From Phoronis australis (lineage: Eukaryota > Animalia > Phoronida): a stretch of DNA of 64,000 bases. The notes below the pieces were generated by a model, which made no database searches, was not told the origin of the DNA, and saw only the letters and a program-made list of their open reading frames with translations. The stretch is taken from NCBI GenBank assembly GCA_002633005.1, contig NMRA01000008.1:1193974-1257973 (forward strand), in the 5' to 3' direction. This document shows, one piece after another, positions 1 to 13,035 of this stretch. Numbering within the stretch: the first letter of the stretch is position 1; each line of letters starts with the position of its first letter. The translations under genes and the position numbers were made by a program.

Positions 1-762
1 TAAAGACTTAACCCTGGAATTGAAATCACCCGATTCAGAAGTAAGCCTAGACAGGTCAACTAATCTTTATCTAACACCTATGATCTGCTGGCCACGAGAC
101 AGCTGGGTTGTAAGAAGAGGGGGGTTAGTCAGGGGACACAGCGTTCCCCAATAAATTAATGCATTTGTAGCCTCAGGGGAAAAACCAAGGTTGCAAAAGA
201 TTGGAGAATAGCGGAGTTTGCGACGAAAAGGGAGTGTGCTGGAGACACGGGGTGTATCTGATTTCGTGACTCTTGCTGATGGGCAGAAGACTGTATACGA
301 ATATTGTGCTTACGAAAAATATTACCATGAAATTTGACGACTTTATGACTTTACTTGAAACTTTTGCTTCAAAGAGAAAATTAAACCACTTAGTGAATTG
401 AAATTTGACCATAGACTTGACTCACATCAGTTCTTACCATGAAATTCTTTGGATTGTAAAATGGGTGTCGGTTATTTTCCAGTGCAGACAGTTGGTTGAC
501 TAATTCCTCGACTAGAATCTAAAATGAGTAAGACAAGTTTCACACAACAGTTCCACAAACTACACACAACGATTTCAACTCTTACACCTTTCCAAAGAAA
601 GTTTTCAAATTCAAAGCGCATTATGCTTTAAGCACATTTCTATTTCAATACTTTGTATCTCAGCAGAAACGTTAGTGTAGTTACACGAACATAATCTAAA
701 ATACAAAATACAAAATACAATAAAGTAACTTTTCAGCTGATTAATAAAAATAATGCTCAAAT

Positions 763-900
763 CAGGGACGAATCCAGGATTTTGAGTTAGGGGGGTCAGG
801 GAAGAGTATTAGCCACGATTTTGTCCGTCTGACATTCGCACCCCCGAACTGCCAAATGGGGGGCCATGGCCTCCTTGGGCCCCCTCTAAATCCGCCACTG
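763..900. mobile_element. Short non-autonomous TIR element (MITE)
   Basis: Imperfect inverted termini CAGGGACGAATCCAG ... CTAAATCCGCCACTG; flanked by a direct repeat CAAAT (758-762, 901-905). Confidence 0.6.
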
Positions 901-1048
901 CAAATAATGCATTAATAATTCTGTCAAGTATACAAAGCATGCTAATCTCATTGTAAATTACATAAACCCCAAAAAATCATACCAAATATTCAACCCAATG
1001 ATAAACAACTGCTAGAATTTAAAACATTTAAACATAGAAATAACAGAC

Positions 1049-1345
1049 CTTTGAAAGTGACCTTTTTCCGTATATCTCCCTCAATTTCTTCTCCTGTAGT
1101 TGCATAACGTCTGTGGTGAGTCCATAGGCACACCTGAGATGTTCGCACAAGTTCTCCGGTTGTATTAGCGATGACGACTCATCGTTATCATTGACATCGA
1201 TTGGTACGCCTTCCAGAATGGGTTCGGAGATCTTGTGAGTGGTGAAAGTCTTCACTGTGGGGCTGAGGGGTGTGGTCGGTGGCTGAGGGGCACACAGTTG
1301 AGGGTACTGGGCACAAAGCAGAGCATGGCGCAGCACACTCAACTC
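1049..1345 (-). CDS. Internal coding exon of an unidentified minus-strand gene (ELSVLRHALLCAQYPQL...LREIYGKRSLSK)
   Basis: Pyrimidine-rich acceptor (ctctttggttcctctccag), GT donor at 1048, 297 nt, phase 0-0, open frame; joins in frame to exon 2006-2159. Confidence 0.65.
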
Positions 1346-2005
1346 CTGGAGAGGAACCAAAGAGAGATTTGCAAGAGGCAATGGTACCTGATACTCCGCA
1401 ACTTTAACAACTAGTCTACAATCATTGCTATATGTGACAAATTCCATACTAGCCATCATTTTTGTCGAAAACTGAAGCGATTTTACCATGCTTAGTGGAT
1501 ATGTCAATTTCTCATATGGGACGTTTACTCATCCACAACTATAGCCAATGTGTCGTCAAATGACAAGTCACAGACAAACAAACACAATAACCAGATGACA
1601 GACACTATCAGTCATTGAGCTAGGTGAATAACTAGATGCCAAAAAATTACAAATCACAAGAACTACTTTCAGTGCTGGTGAAGCTGGGTCTGCAGGAAAG
1701 TAAGATGAAACAGCAAACAACAACTTACTAAGAGATGTGAAGCTAAATTTTACCACTGTATTATTCACAATATTCAAAAATAATTGCCAAATACCCTTTT
1801 TCATTTCGCAAATTAAGGCTTCTGTGTGACTCCCATGGTTTGTCAAAACATACAATGATAGTAAGGCACAGAACACAAAAATCAAAGCACTTATTGCGTG
1901 CTGTTTATGAAAGTCTTACGAAAAAACGAAGAAATGAAATTTCACTTATCCACCATATTGACATTGTGTCTGAATTATTGAGATTTTACAGTAATACCGA
2001 CTAAC

Positions 2006-2159
2006 CTGCACGGCTAAGTCAGCAGCTTTGCGCAATTTTGGCTGGTTCACAGTCGAGTATTCACTCTGAGGCAACTTCTCGTTGGGTTTCACCAGTCTCA
2101 TCATGTTACTGAACGTTGTCAAGTAGCCGGGCACCAGATTGAGGCAACACTTGCGATAC
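2006..2159 (-). CDS. Internal coding exon of the unidentified minus-strand gene (YRKCCLNLVPGY...AADLAVQ)
   Basis: Acceptor ctcttcttcag, donor CAG|gttagt, 154 nt, phase 2-0, compatible with both neighbouring exons. Confidence 0.6.
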
Positions 2160-2334
2160 CTGAAGAAGAGCAGCATGGTTGTAATGAGCCGATTCACCAC
2201 CCAAGCTATTTTGCAATACCTTGCTAATAGGCCTGTTGTGTACTTTAACAAATGACAGTTAGAGCAGGGGGACGGAGATAACTTTCGAGTGAAAATATAC
2301 CAAAGCAACCAGTACCCAACCATTTCAGACTTAC

Positions 2335-2381
2335 ACGTCAATAAACTTCATCCTTTTTAGAATGTTCTTTGATCTCTTACT
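2335..2381 (-). CDS. Short coding exon of the unidentified minus-strand gene (SKRSKNILKRMKFIDV)
   Basis: AG acceptor, perfect gtaagt donor, 47 nt, phase 0-2 matching exon 2006-2159. Confidence 0.45.
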
Positions 2382-4763
2382 CTAGCAATTAAGTTAGATT
2401 CAATCCTATTGCCTGAGCAATTTACATGGTCACATGTTAAAAAATGTATATTGACAGCCAGTTTCTTATAAGACCAAGGTGTAAGTTTTTGGTCAGGTGA
2501 CCTATAATTTGCATATTTGAGACAATAACTGAAAGGGAGATAATTGCAAATTTGGCAGTGTATTCATATCGAATCTATTACTCACAGGTAATTGTTTCCA
2601 TACATACTGTTCAGTATGATTTATTTTATCAATCAAAGGATAAATCAGTGGAGTATTTCAATTACGGAGCCAGCATCCATAGGCGAAGTACTGCCCAGCT
2701 TGTAACAGTTACATAAAACACTTTCAGCAGGTGAACATCCACTTAAGCTGCTGAAAGAGTTGTATGCTACACACCCAACAAGACCACATCTAAAGTTGGA
2801 CATTTAACCATCCTATTCCTCATGCTGCTGAAAGCCATGTTGATTTCTACCAATAAATGACATCGTTGAGCGAAGCTGATTTGCATTTCATTACAAATAA
2901 GTTCCTGTTTCTCCGCATATCAATTTCAACTTCATGCATTATCCAATAACAATTATGAAGATAAGATAAAAATGCCACAAATAACTTGCTTTTGCCAAAG
3001 GGCAACAGGGCAACGCTTTCATGAGATATAATTTCTTGTTACTTACAAAGTCAAAATCCACCACTGTCACTTAAAAGTGTCCTTAAAATAATGACTAACA
3101 CAATCTTTTCTCTTAATAACGGAATATACAGAACATCTACACTATACTTACTCAAGGTTACTGAAGTAACTGTGAATGTTTCGCACAGCATTCCCATGTC
3201 TGCAAAATAAAAAACTGCACTCATGAATGAAACAAAGATTTTTCATAACACAGTTAGTTAAAAAACTCGGCAAAATGGAATTAAATTTTCCAATGCACAA
3301 ACAGAAAAAAGTAATGAGCAGCTTCATTGTTCATTTTAAAAAGTGATTTTTTGCAATCAGCCTTAACACGGATTCCAACTGACAATCTCAGTGGTTGTAC
3401 CCCAAAGCTCTGCCAGCGGAGCTAAGCTCAACTTGATAACTGGCAGAGAATTTTAAGCGGATTTAACTGACCTTGATTTCAGCGAATGTCTGGCAGACAC
3501 TAACGGCAAGAACTCATGATTTGTAATAAAGACACAAAAACGCAACAGACTTTTTGTTTTATAGCTCTGGTCCAGACATGAATCTAGTTGTTCGTTGCTA
3601 AGTGCTAAGGGGCTCCTCTGTTTGGCATCATGTCTTGCAGACCAATCATTTTTCACAGTTCAAAGAGTTCCTAAAACCATTCATCAACAGGTACCACAGA
3701 ACCAAAGCATAATGCTGCTACGGTATGTTTGGCTAATTTTTATAGTATTTCTTCAGTGAAAACGATTCGGAAATCAATTTCAGAAGCCTAATACTTTGAA
3801 GAGTCACCAGCTTCAGTTCATGATAATGAATTTACTTTAGCCAGAGTTTCATTACTGTGAAGCTATTGCTAATGTGGTTGTTGATACACTCCTTAGACCA
3901 TGAATAGGCCTCTTGACAACTGCCGGATGTGAACAAGTCTACTGACAAAGTACAAGGTGTCGTGAAATGGTCCGAGTTTCCAATGCCATGAGGGTTCTGC
4001 ACAAATGACTTACTTGAGTACAGTAGTACCTAGACAGGGACTGTGTTCTGCCTTGGCACTCTCCTCAATATTATGCTGGTTCCATTGTTTAGACTCTTTC
4101 TTCAGCACTATATCCAAACAGTCACCCAGGCTAATCATCTTGTTGCTAGGGTAACCACTGAAGACATGCGACGACTACGGCTCAGTCAAGTTGTAAACTC
4201 ACATATTGCGTGTAGGAATCACGCGATTCACCGGTTTATGTTTGTAAAAATGCTGAAACAAGTAAAAAGAATAATGAAATCGGTGACGTCAGTTGGATGT
4301 GATATCTGATGCTGAGACATCGTTTTCCAACCAACAGAAATATGAATTACACTCCTGGGAGTTCAGGCAACAGTGTATTGAAGGCGACATGAGATTTAGG
4401 TCCGACTTGACTAAAATGGAAAGTTGAAGATTAAAATTACATGCCAGTCTTAGGACCAGTTAGACGTGATTATTGACAGATGTACTCTTCAAAATGGGCC
4501 GTTGGAGTACACAACTAGCCCCCTTCAGTCCAAAAAGGAAATGACAAACAGACAAGAGTCTGTAGGACATGACTTTTCATGCTAGAATAGATGTTTCCTT
4601 CATCCAAATTTATTTGTACTCAAAACAGCACAAATGCTAGTCATTTCTCTGACGCTACGATTACAGCAATGGTCATTCTCGTTCTTAACTTAGCATTGAA
4701 TACCTAATTTCACTGTCGTCAGAAAATCATTGGCATCTGTCCTGTTCACAGTAAGAACACACA

Positions 4764-5201
4764 TGACAATTTTCACAATCATTCTTGGAGTGGTTTGCTT
4801 GATAAAGGGACGGATACCAAAAAGACTCTAAAACAGTAAAAATGGCCACTAGGTGGCACAATCTGTCTTGAAGCCATTCGGAACCAAGAGGATTGCGTCA
4901 TCTCATTAATGGATGCCTATGTGCCAAATTTCATGAAAATCAGTAGAGGACCTTAGAAGATACATAGGCAAACGTAAAAAACTATTGAAATTGTCACTAG
5001 AAGGCACAGCCGAATACAGGTCGGTCCGAAACTCGTCACCCTCTGTTGTCAACCTCATAGGAATACACCTGCCAAATTTCATTAAGATCCTGCAAGAGGT
5101 TTAGGAGATACAGCTGCGGACGCCGGATGACAGACATTCCGAACCCCACACAGAGATGACAGCAATATGCACCCACATATAAACATGTGGGCACATAAAA
5201 A
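4764..5201 (-). mobile_element. Partial HINE-like (Helentron-associated) element, same family as 62690-63949
   Basis: 5' palindrome atgcacccacat...atgtgggcacat (5167-5196); the internal sequence is the reverse complement of the 62.7-63.9 kb monomers, including GCCACTAGGTGGCAC at 4845-4859. Confidence 0.7.
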
Positions 5202-6404
5202 TGGTCACGAAATGGGCACAGCCATCAAAAGTAAATAATAAGTGGAAACTAAGTGTTCGATGACTTACAGAAATTTTTTACGATGCAAGACCATTAACTT
5301 ACCAGGAAGATCAAAGTCAAGAGGACAGATGAGAAAGAGATCCCAAGACAGTGCGGAATGTTTTTGAGGGCATGCTGATAACTACAAGTTAATGCCTGAA
5401 CAGGAAAGCTGCTGACACGGAAATAATATGAATTGTTTTAACAAGGGCTCAATGTATTATTCAACATAGAAATAATGTAGCTGCGAATGTCGTCTGTATT
5501 AAGTTGTGTCCACTCAGACACTTCAACTAGCATGCAACTTGCGCTGGTGACTGTGTGGACAAAAGTTAAACCAGTGCCCCCCCCCCCAAAGATCGGTGCA
5601 ACAGATTACCCTACCTCTTTGAAGTAGCGTAATTTACGCCCCATCAACTTGCTCCGTTACAAGTGTCCAAGTGGACAGCAAACTAGGGCAAGGCAGAAGT
5701 AGTCACTAGCTATGTGATCATGCAACTGAGTTTATCAGAGCGATAAATTGCAGCTTTTTACACCATTTACAAGCCTCATACCGAATCCCCAACACATAAT
5801 AAAAAATAAGAAAAAAACCTGAAGGAAATATTGCCAACGGTCGTTTTCTTTGAGCCTACAACATTTTGTAGAACTATGGCTGATAATACTACATCTATAA
5901 GAATGGCGTGTGCAAAGTGATTTATGTCAGGTCCATGTTTTTGACACTACTTGTGTGACTGTCGCCTGGACACATTGCTAATCAGTGTAGGGTAATTAGA
6001 CCAAGGTGCAACTTCATCTAGTTTAAGTGTGCACCTAGCCAGAGCCAGTAGAGTAAAGTGATGTCAACACTGTATTTCTTAAACAAAACAACTTCAGCAA
6101 CAGGTTCGCTGTTCAGTTACGACAACCCCAGTTACTGTGAGGCACTTGTTAAATTGTTGAGTTTATTCAATTCACAAGAATGGGCCGTTGTCACAGTAAA
6201 AAGAAATCCCTGATAAATAAGTTCCCCATGAACTGCTCATTTATGCAAATAATTACATTTAAGTAATTGGGGCTCATTCATAAATGATTAACTTTTTTAT
6301 TTTTGACATCACTGATAAATAACTTTACAGGTGAAAGCACTTCTAAGTTTCTTGAGTGACCTATTACATAATCAGGATAATCTGGCTCAGAGCCAAGTGC
6401 ACAC

Positions 6405-6749
6405 TTAAAAGGACACTAAACCACGTTTTGATGATTTCAGCCCATGCTGATGCATCATTGGCGTCAATCTTGAAAGATAAAAGCAGGAGTCAATTACTAA
6501 CTCCAACCCCCTATCTCACAAACTGCACACTATGGCTCTTGGTGGGTCGTCTTTTCCCCACGGTTGCCCTGTAATTTGCTAAAAGGGTAGGTCACACTTG
6601 CCCGTTTTGCAGACTTTGAAAGGAGTTTTCAACGTTTCCTTTTGAGGGTAGTCGAGAGATACAGAGCATTATTTTGTTTCAGGGAACTGTATAGGAAAGT
6701 CATCTTAGTATCTGTTAATAGGCAAAAACTGGGTTTGTTATCCTTTTAA
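6405..6749. mobile_element. TTAA-flanked non-autonomous DNA transposon (Kolobok-like), copy 1
   Basis: TTAA|AAGGACACTAAACC ... GGTTTGTTATCCTT|TTAA termini; colinear similarity to 48002-48365. Confidence 0.65.
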
Positions 6750-8539
6750 CTAGCTGGTAATATGAGTTTGTGACATTCTGCTGACTGACCTGCTGTAACC
6801 CGACTGGGAGACTTTCAGGAAGTTATGATGACTGATCACGAGGGACCGTTGAGTCATATCACCACATAGCTGAACCAGCAGCAGGCAACATAGCAAAGCA
6901 CTTTGACTTAAAGTGAAAAGACCCTTATACAGCGCATGTGTTTAGACGTGATGTGTTTTTAAACAAAAGTGCCTCCCTGTCCTATAGAAGCATTGATGTC
7001 ACATCCCATGTGATTAGTCGCCATGAAAGTTTCAGATTATGTACGTAACCTAGCTGATTCAATACTCTGAAATCGTGGGTCATTTTCATCATTTTTTTTA
7101 GTTCGTGGAGAAAAATCATGCATAACCATACTTTACACTTGTGACTTTTATTGGTTTTGGATGCTTCTAGAGCAATTACATGTGTACGGAAGAAGTTGCA
7201 ATGGAATGAAAAAGAATTTTATTTACACTTTTTTACTCTTATGACCTCAAATTCCAAATTTTCTAGTAATAAGTTTGAAATTGTTAGGAAGTCCAGCGGC
7301 CTTCAATCTCAGTTGAATTACAGGCAATGGTGGTTTGAAGTAGACCCTTTAATATATTAATCTCCGCAAAACCCAACTACACTGTCCGGATAAGCTCTGC
7401 ACAGCTAAGGCAATAGTGATTTTCTAATGCTGAGCATGTTATGCAACCACGGGTTATAACTTGCCTTCAAAATTACCAGTACCAGGTATGCAAATTCTCC
7501 TGTAGGTTTCTGAGTTATATTTCAATTTATTTCTAACTTGATCCAGAAACAAACCACTGCAATAAACGATACGGACAAATACAAGCGAAACTTCTTCAAA
7601 TACTCTCGAATGAAGAAAAAAGTATGCATGCATAAAACTGGTCTTAATTACCAGGGAGATGTATTTACCGTGATCACTGTTTTGGGAAAAGCAGAGCTCA
7701 CTCAGTCCAGAAAGAAACACAAAGAAGTAGTTGGATCCATGCATTTGCTGTAATATGTAAGCCGATATTTGCACATAACCCGCTTGCATGAGTAGTTCAC
7801 TTAAAACCATAGATCAGAACTCAAGGTATTTGGTAGCCTCAAAGTTTTGCACAGAGGTTTTTAAGCCCAAGTATTTGTTCCTATACGACTGTCTTATACT
7901 GCACATTGGACTGCGTCAGACAATCAGGTGTTTCAATAAAAATTTTTTAAATTAACCATTTGTCGATTGAAATAGAGTGGGTGTTTGTTATACTGACTTC
8001 TGTTTCACTCACGACACCACCAATTACTGCATGTTATTTTTGATATGACATTTGAATGACTGGATAATATATGACATAGCAACAATCCTGCGCCTTGAGA
8101 TGTTTCCATTCAGCAACACCACTCACTCGACTGCACCTGAGTCACAGCAGGTAGGCCGTATACACAACACACTCACCATTGAACTGAGTCAAAGAGAAAC
8201 CGAAACTACCAAATTCACTTGCTGCCAGAGACAGAGTGACAACGGAATAGCAGAACCGAAACCAGGTTGGAATCGACAGAAACCTGAAAAAAACTGATGA
8301 ATAGTGGCAAGAAGTGAAGGTGATCTGAAACTAAATACCTGGAGCGGTTGCGCTGAGTCATGGCCATCACTATCAGGCAAGCTGCCGCGCTTGGCGCGCT
8401 GACCGGAAAAGGTAAATCAAAGCTCAAATCCGTCAGCAACACCACAAAATAAAAGCTGACCTGTCGGCTAAGTGACAAATGAAGGTCAACACATTCGATT
8501 ACACTGCAGCGTAAACACAAAGTAAAATTGATGGAGTCA

Positions 8540-8600
8540 TACATACGATTTGAACTTCAGCAAGGCCACACACCACTTAATCGCCTCCATTTTGGTCATC
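8540..8600 (-). promoter_or_regulatory. Probable 5' end / first exon of the unidentified minus-strand gene
   Basis: On the minus strand, CAAAATGGAGGCG (YY1-like, ATG context) opens MEAIKWCVALLKFKS, followed by a gtatgt donor. The link to downstream exons was not established. Confidence 0.3.
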
Positions 8601-10615
8601 ACATGATTTGTCCATGTTATGTTTTATTATCGTTATCGCTCAACAGTGGCGCTTGAACACAAGCCAGACCGATGGTTGCATTCCTTAGATGCAAGATACC
8701 CGCGAGGAAGGTAATGTGATGCTTCCCTCGTGACGCACTGTCCAGGCGATATCTCGCCAAAATTTCCGCGTTTACCAGTGACGGGGACCCATGCAACTTA
8801 TTTGGGCGGCGCACCATAGGGGGGCTGGGGAACTAGCCCCCCAGCAGTGCTGCGCCGCCCAGTGGTCTATCATGGTACCGGCGGGTACACAGTCTAGACC
8901 CGATGACCAGTCCGGGGGAGGGGGGAGGGGTGTGACATATGCAAACGGCACCCCCACCGGCATTTGAGATCCTAATTAGCCTAATCTGAATTTAATTTAT
9001 ATTACCCGTGCTCGCACCCAAAGGGGTAGTATTTCAGTTGGCAATGGCCGGGATAAAAAGGTCCGCCTCAGAGAAACTAAAAAGTCCGAAAAAGTAGAAA
9101 AGGAGCCAACGGCAGGAACGGCTACCAAAATGCGGCGAATGCCAATTCATAGCTCCGAACGTCCCATGTTATTTTATTTTTATTCATTTATTTTATGTGA
9201 AAAGTCTACATTCTCAAAAATTCGAGCCCCCTCCCTATTTGCTAGGCTGCCGGGGGGGGGGGGGCGCCTGTATTACCTGTCAGTGTACCTCGTACCGGCT
9301 TCTTCAATTACCTCCGTATTGCTCTATTATTAAAAAATAAAATCGGGACTATCGCTGTAAAATGAATGTTTGTCAGTTGTTATTAAAATTCTCGAGAATT
9401 GTTGTCAGCTGATAGCAAACCGGGCAAAATGAACCTACGATTTTAGTATTGTCGGCAGCTTTGTAGTTCGCTCAGTCAATCACAAAGAAGCGTGCGATAT
9501 CGCAGGAGGCCCGGCGGGGGTGGGACACGCGCTTGCACCCTGGGGCACGCGCTTTATATGAACCCCGTGAGCAGTCCGATACACTGACAATCAGACGGGT
9601 CGTCCTGAAATCCCCAAAGGGCAAATTTGTTGGCAGCGTCTGACGGCAACAAAAAGCCATCATAATACACTCTTGGACTAACAATGAGATGCAGTGGGCA
9701 GCGCGACACAGTTCCGCCTTTCGCCGTTCCACCAAATGTATGTTTAGGTTGCGAAAGCCTTTGAACTCATACAGGCAGACAGCACTATATATGAGGTGTA
9801 CGCAGAATTGCAACCAAAAAATAAGCCATTTAACTCTTATCAGCAATCACTTCTCGGCGTTTGATTTTATTGTCACATTCCTGACAGTCGATCACTATCT
9901 ATTGTAGCTAAACAACAGTATCAATACACTGTCCAAATTTTGTTTGATTTAAATGTTCAAGTCAAAATCTCAAAAATCCTGTTACATTTTTTTCACATTA
10001 TCGCTTCTTTTTTGTTTTATACAATTTTTATTTTTTCATAGAAACACACAAGTCTTAATTTTAGGGCTGAGTCTGCCAATGCACGTTGTTAAACAGAACT
10101 GGCTGTGGATCTCTGAGGACATTTAGCTAGCCGCTTCATTATAGACACCGATAGTTTGACGTCATTTCATTTGTTTTTGTCACTGTATCCTGTGTTGTAA
10201 CTCAGACTTGAATGGCGATTTCTTTGAACTCAAGTTTTCGATCTTGTGGTGACCCGACTGTCAATTTCTTCAACATACATTTCACCAGGAATGAAGAGAT
10301 AGTAGCCATCTCTTCCTGATTTGGCTTTAAGAAGACGTTTCCCATGAAGCCACAGCATGCGCGCACCTAAGGGGGGCTCGAACGAGCCCCCCATTTGGCG
10401 AAGTGGGCAAAAAGGTCCGCCTCTGAGAAACAAGAAGTCCGAGAGAATGAGATAAAAGTCCACTACTAAACAGCACAAAGGTACAAACTCGCAATTCACA
10501 GTGGTGCCCCCGTTTTTTTTTTTTTTTTTTTTTTTAATTATTTTTGTTTAACACTACAAATTCCCTTTAAACATACTGTTGTCATACGGGTAGTGATATG
10601 GGTCTTTTATTGAAA

Positions 10616-10684
10616 TGCTGCTGTTGCTACTGCTGCTGCTGCTGCTGCTGCTCAGGCTGCTGCTGCTGCTGCTGCTCCTCCTCC
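10616..10684. repeat. Imperfect (CTG)n microsatellite
   Basis: Directly visible run of ctg units, interrupted by ttg, cta and ctcagg; intergenic. Confidence 0.9.
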
Positions 10685-11282
10685 AATTCCCGTTGTTGAG
10701 AACTCAGTGGGGGGTGCTAGTTCCTAGCCAGGTAGGGGTGGGTTGGGAGACGTCCTAGTGATCCGAAGTTGAAGTCCATTTCTCCCATAGCCTTTAAGAG
10801 TGAGTTGAGGAACTTTGCTGCTGTTGCTGCCGGGTAAAACTTTCACCGACGGCTTTTTGCACCACAGTTTCACTGGATATGCACCGTCCCCACGCAAGAG
10901 GTACAGTAGGTGACTTAATTATTCATCAGGACAAATTTATAGTTTTCCGTTCGCTTTAGAAAAGTTTGATCGTAGTCACAATTGACTTGATTCAGTACCA
11001 AATCCAACACATCATGAACGCGACCCGGCTATCCTGAGGGCATATTCAATCTTGATGTAATCGGTATCGGTAATCATACACCAAAAAATCAAATACTGAA
11101 ACCATGTTATTGAAAAAATACACCGTACGAAAAAATTCTGACGCGGCGATTATTGATATATAAGCGAGTTCCACTGATCGGCCTATCAAGTATTCGGTTG
11201 TGACTCCGGTGCTGTAATTTCACCGAACAGGAAAACCGCGGACTCCTTCGGCGAGACCGCCAGATTACCAGCCTCTCGTTCA

Positions 11283-12230
11283 GTAACGCTAGGACCTCGC
11301 TAAAAAGCAAGACTTCGCGAGATTACGTGAGGAATTGCCGTGCATTTCAAATAAGAACACGTGACTTTGACTAGGTTTTAGCTAGGTCCTAGCGTAGGTC
11401 CTAGCGTCTACTGACAACACACGCCAGTAGTGCGCGGCTTATATTCTCTCAACTTTATTCATTCCAAAGTATTACACAAGAGTTGGTTTAGGTCAGTGGT
11501 AGCCTCATGTGGCTACTAGGCCTATACGTTCGGCACCGGCGCTCATCAGAAATGCCTTAGTACAGAACTCAGTCCGTTCCTCACCCCGTGACTGCTTAGG
11601 CCTACTGATAAAAATATTGAGGAGACGAGCCTCATAACTAGAACCGCTGCGATACGCGCCGTCACTGTCCGCAGAAAGGCCAAGTAGTGTGTAAGAAATG
11701 TTTCAGTCAACGGGCCGGGGAAACTTGCGTATTTTCGTCTAGGCCATACGCGATGCGTACCTGCATGCCAGCTCGTACCTTATACTTGCGCCTATAAGCG
11801 AACTACCTAGGGGCATGCCCCTATCGAAACACGTTCTTGAGTATATACTTTTCACGCATCTTAATTATTTTGGAATAACCGCTATGGTGAGCGTACTCAG
11901 TAGTGCGCGCATGCAGAGCGGAGTGCAGTCAACTGAAGACCACTCGGAACCTTTTCCGCCAAAGTTCATTGCGACGCCTTCAAAGCTCTCTCCAGACCAG
12001 AGAACAATAGTTCGGCATTGGCCAAATGAGTAAGCGCGCTGTGTCACATTCTGTACGTAGACATCACAATATTTTATGCACCGTGTCTGCACAGACCACT
12101 AGGGCCATAGTTCAGGAACACTGGGACCTCGCCGAAATGTAGGTACCATCACGTGCTATCGCTTGCAATACTTGAAAATGTCTCACGTAATCTCGCGAAG
12201 TTTTACTTTTTAGTTAGGTCCTAGCGTTAC
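11283..12230. mobile_element. ~950 bp non-autonomous element with 49-bp terminal inverted repeats
   Basis: 11283-11331 matches the reverse complement of 12182-12230 at 45/49 positions; internal tandem AGGTCCTAGCGT copies at ~11384-11407; no transposase ORF. Confidence 0.7.
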
Positions 12231-12892
12231 GGTGACCTGGACAGGCGACTGTGAAATTGAATTTATTGGTCAACCGAATGAAGCGACTCTTCTTATTGTG
12301 CGATGCCTGGCCTAGAGGGAACCAAAGCTTTAATTATCAGCATTTCCGTACATATGGTTGGTGTCAGATCGTTGCTCCTTAAACGCTGAGAAACGATTTC
12401 GGCCCTTTCATGTGGAGTTCACAATCGGTTCCCATGCAAACAACGACCCAGAGCAGAGGCCTATTGTTGTGCATGAACCGTACTTATCAGCATACATGTT
12501 AACAGCATAACATGGTGGGGGGGGAGGCGTAGAATTTAAAATTATTCGTGAGACTGCCCATAAAATGCTGGTCTACTCAGCCACTATGTAAGCAAAGACG
12601 GTCTCTGATGTAAGACCTAATGTTTCAGCGCTAAATGTTGCTAACGGCCAGGATAATGCCGCCAGTTTAGTAATTAACTCCCTTGGTGAAAACAAGGGAG
12701 ATAATACATTCATCTGGATATTTAATGGTTTATTGGGCCCAAATCCTCATATGATTAGTTGCTGTAAATTGAACGTTTGCGAAGGTGACACTGTGAATAT
12801 GGAAACTTCAATCTAGTGATTGATATTAAATTGCTTAGGTTAAACGAGCTCAGTTTTGTGTTTGCTTCTGTAACCTCCAAAACGAGGCTCGC

Positions 12893-13035
12893 GTCACGTG
12901 ACATAAATATCATGGCGTATTTTGCGAAGAAGGACTGTGAATGTCTTACCAAACTTTTGTCTCATTTCTCCTCTAAATGATCCTGGCCTTGCTATAATTG
13001 ATAAAAAATTAGAAGCTTAGCTGCAACAGTACACT
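12893..13035 (+). promoter_or_regulatory. Putative promoter and non-coding first exon of the Ski-like gene
   Basis: Palindromic E-box GTCACGTGAC (12893-12902), CATGGCG (YY1-like) just downstream, gtgagt donor at 13036. The first coding exon begins at an acceptor (14481-14482), so an upstream exon is expected. Confidence 0.4.

Noticed and set aside
173-412. 79-aa minus-strand ORF as the next exon of the unidentified gene
   Set aside because: The frame required by the upstream phase-0 donor hits a stop within a few codons of the best acceptor.
10616-10684. (CTG)n tract as a polyQ/polyA coding exon
   Set aside because: No supporting ORF or convincing splice sites; lies among intergenic repeats.
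11518-11556. Hammerhead-like CTGATGA...GAAC on the minus strand
   Set aside because: GAAC instead of GAAA, and no stem I pairing.
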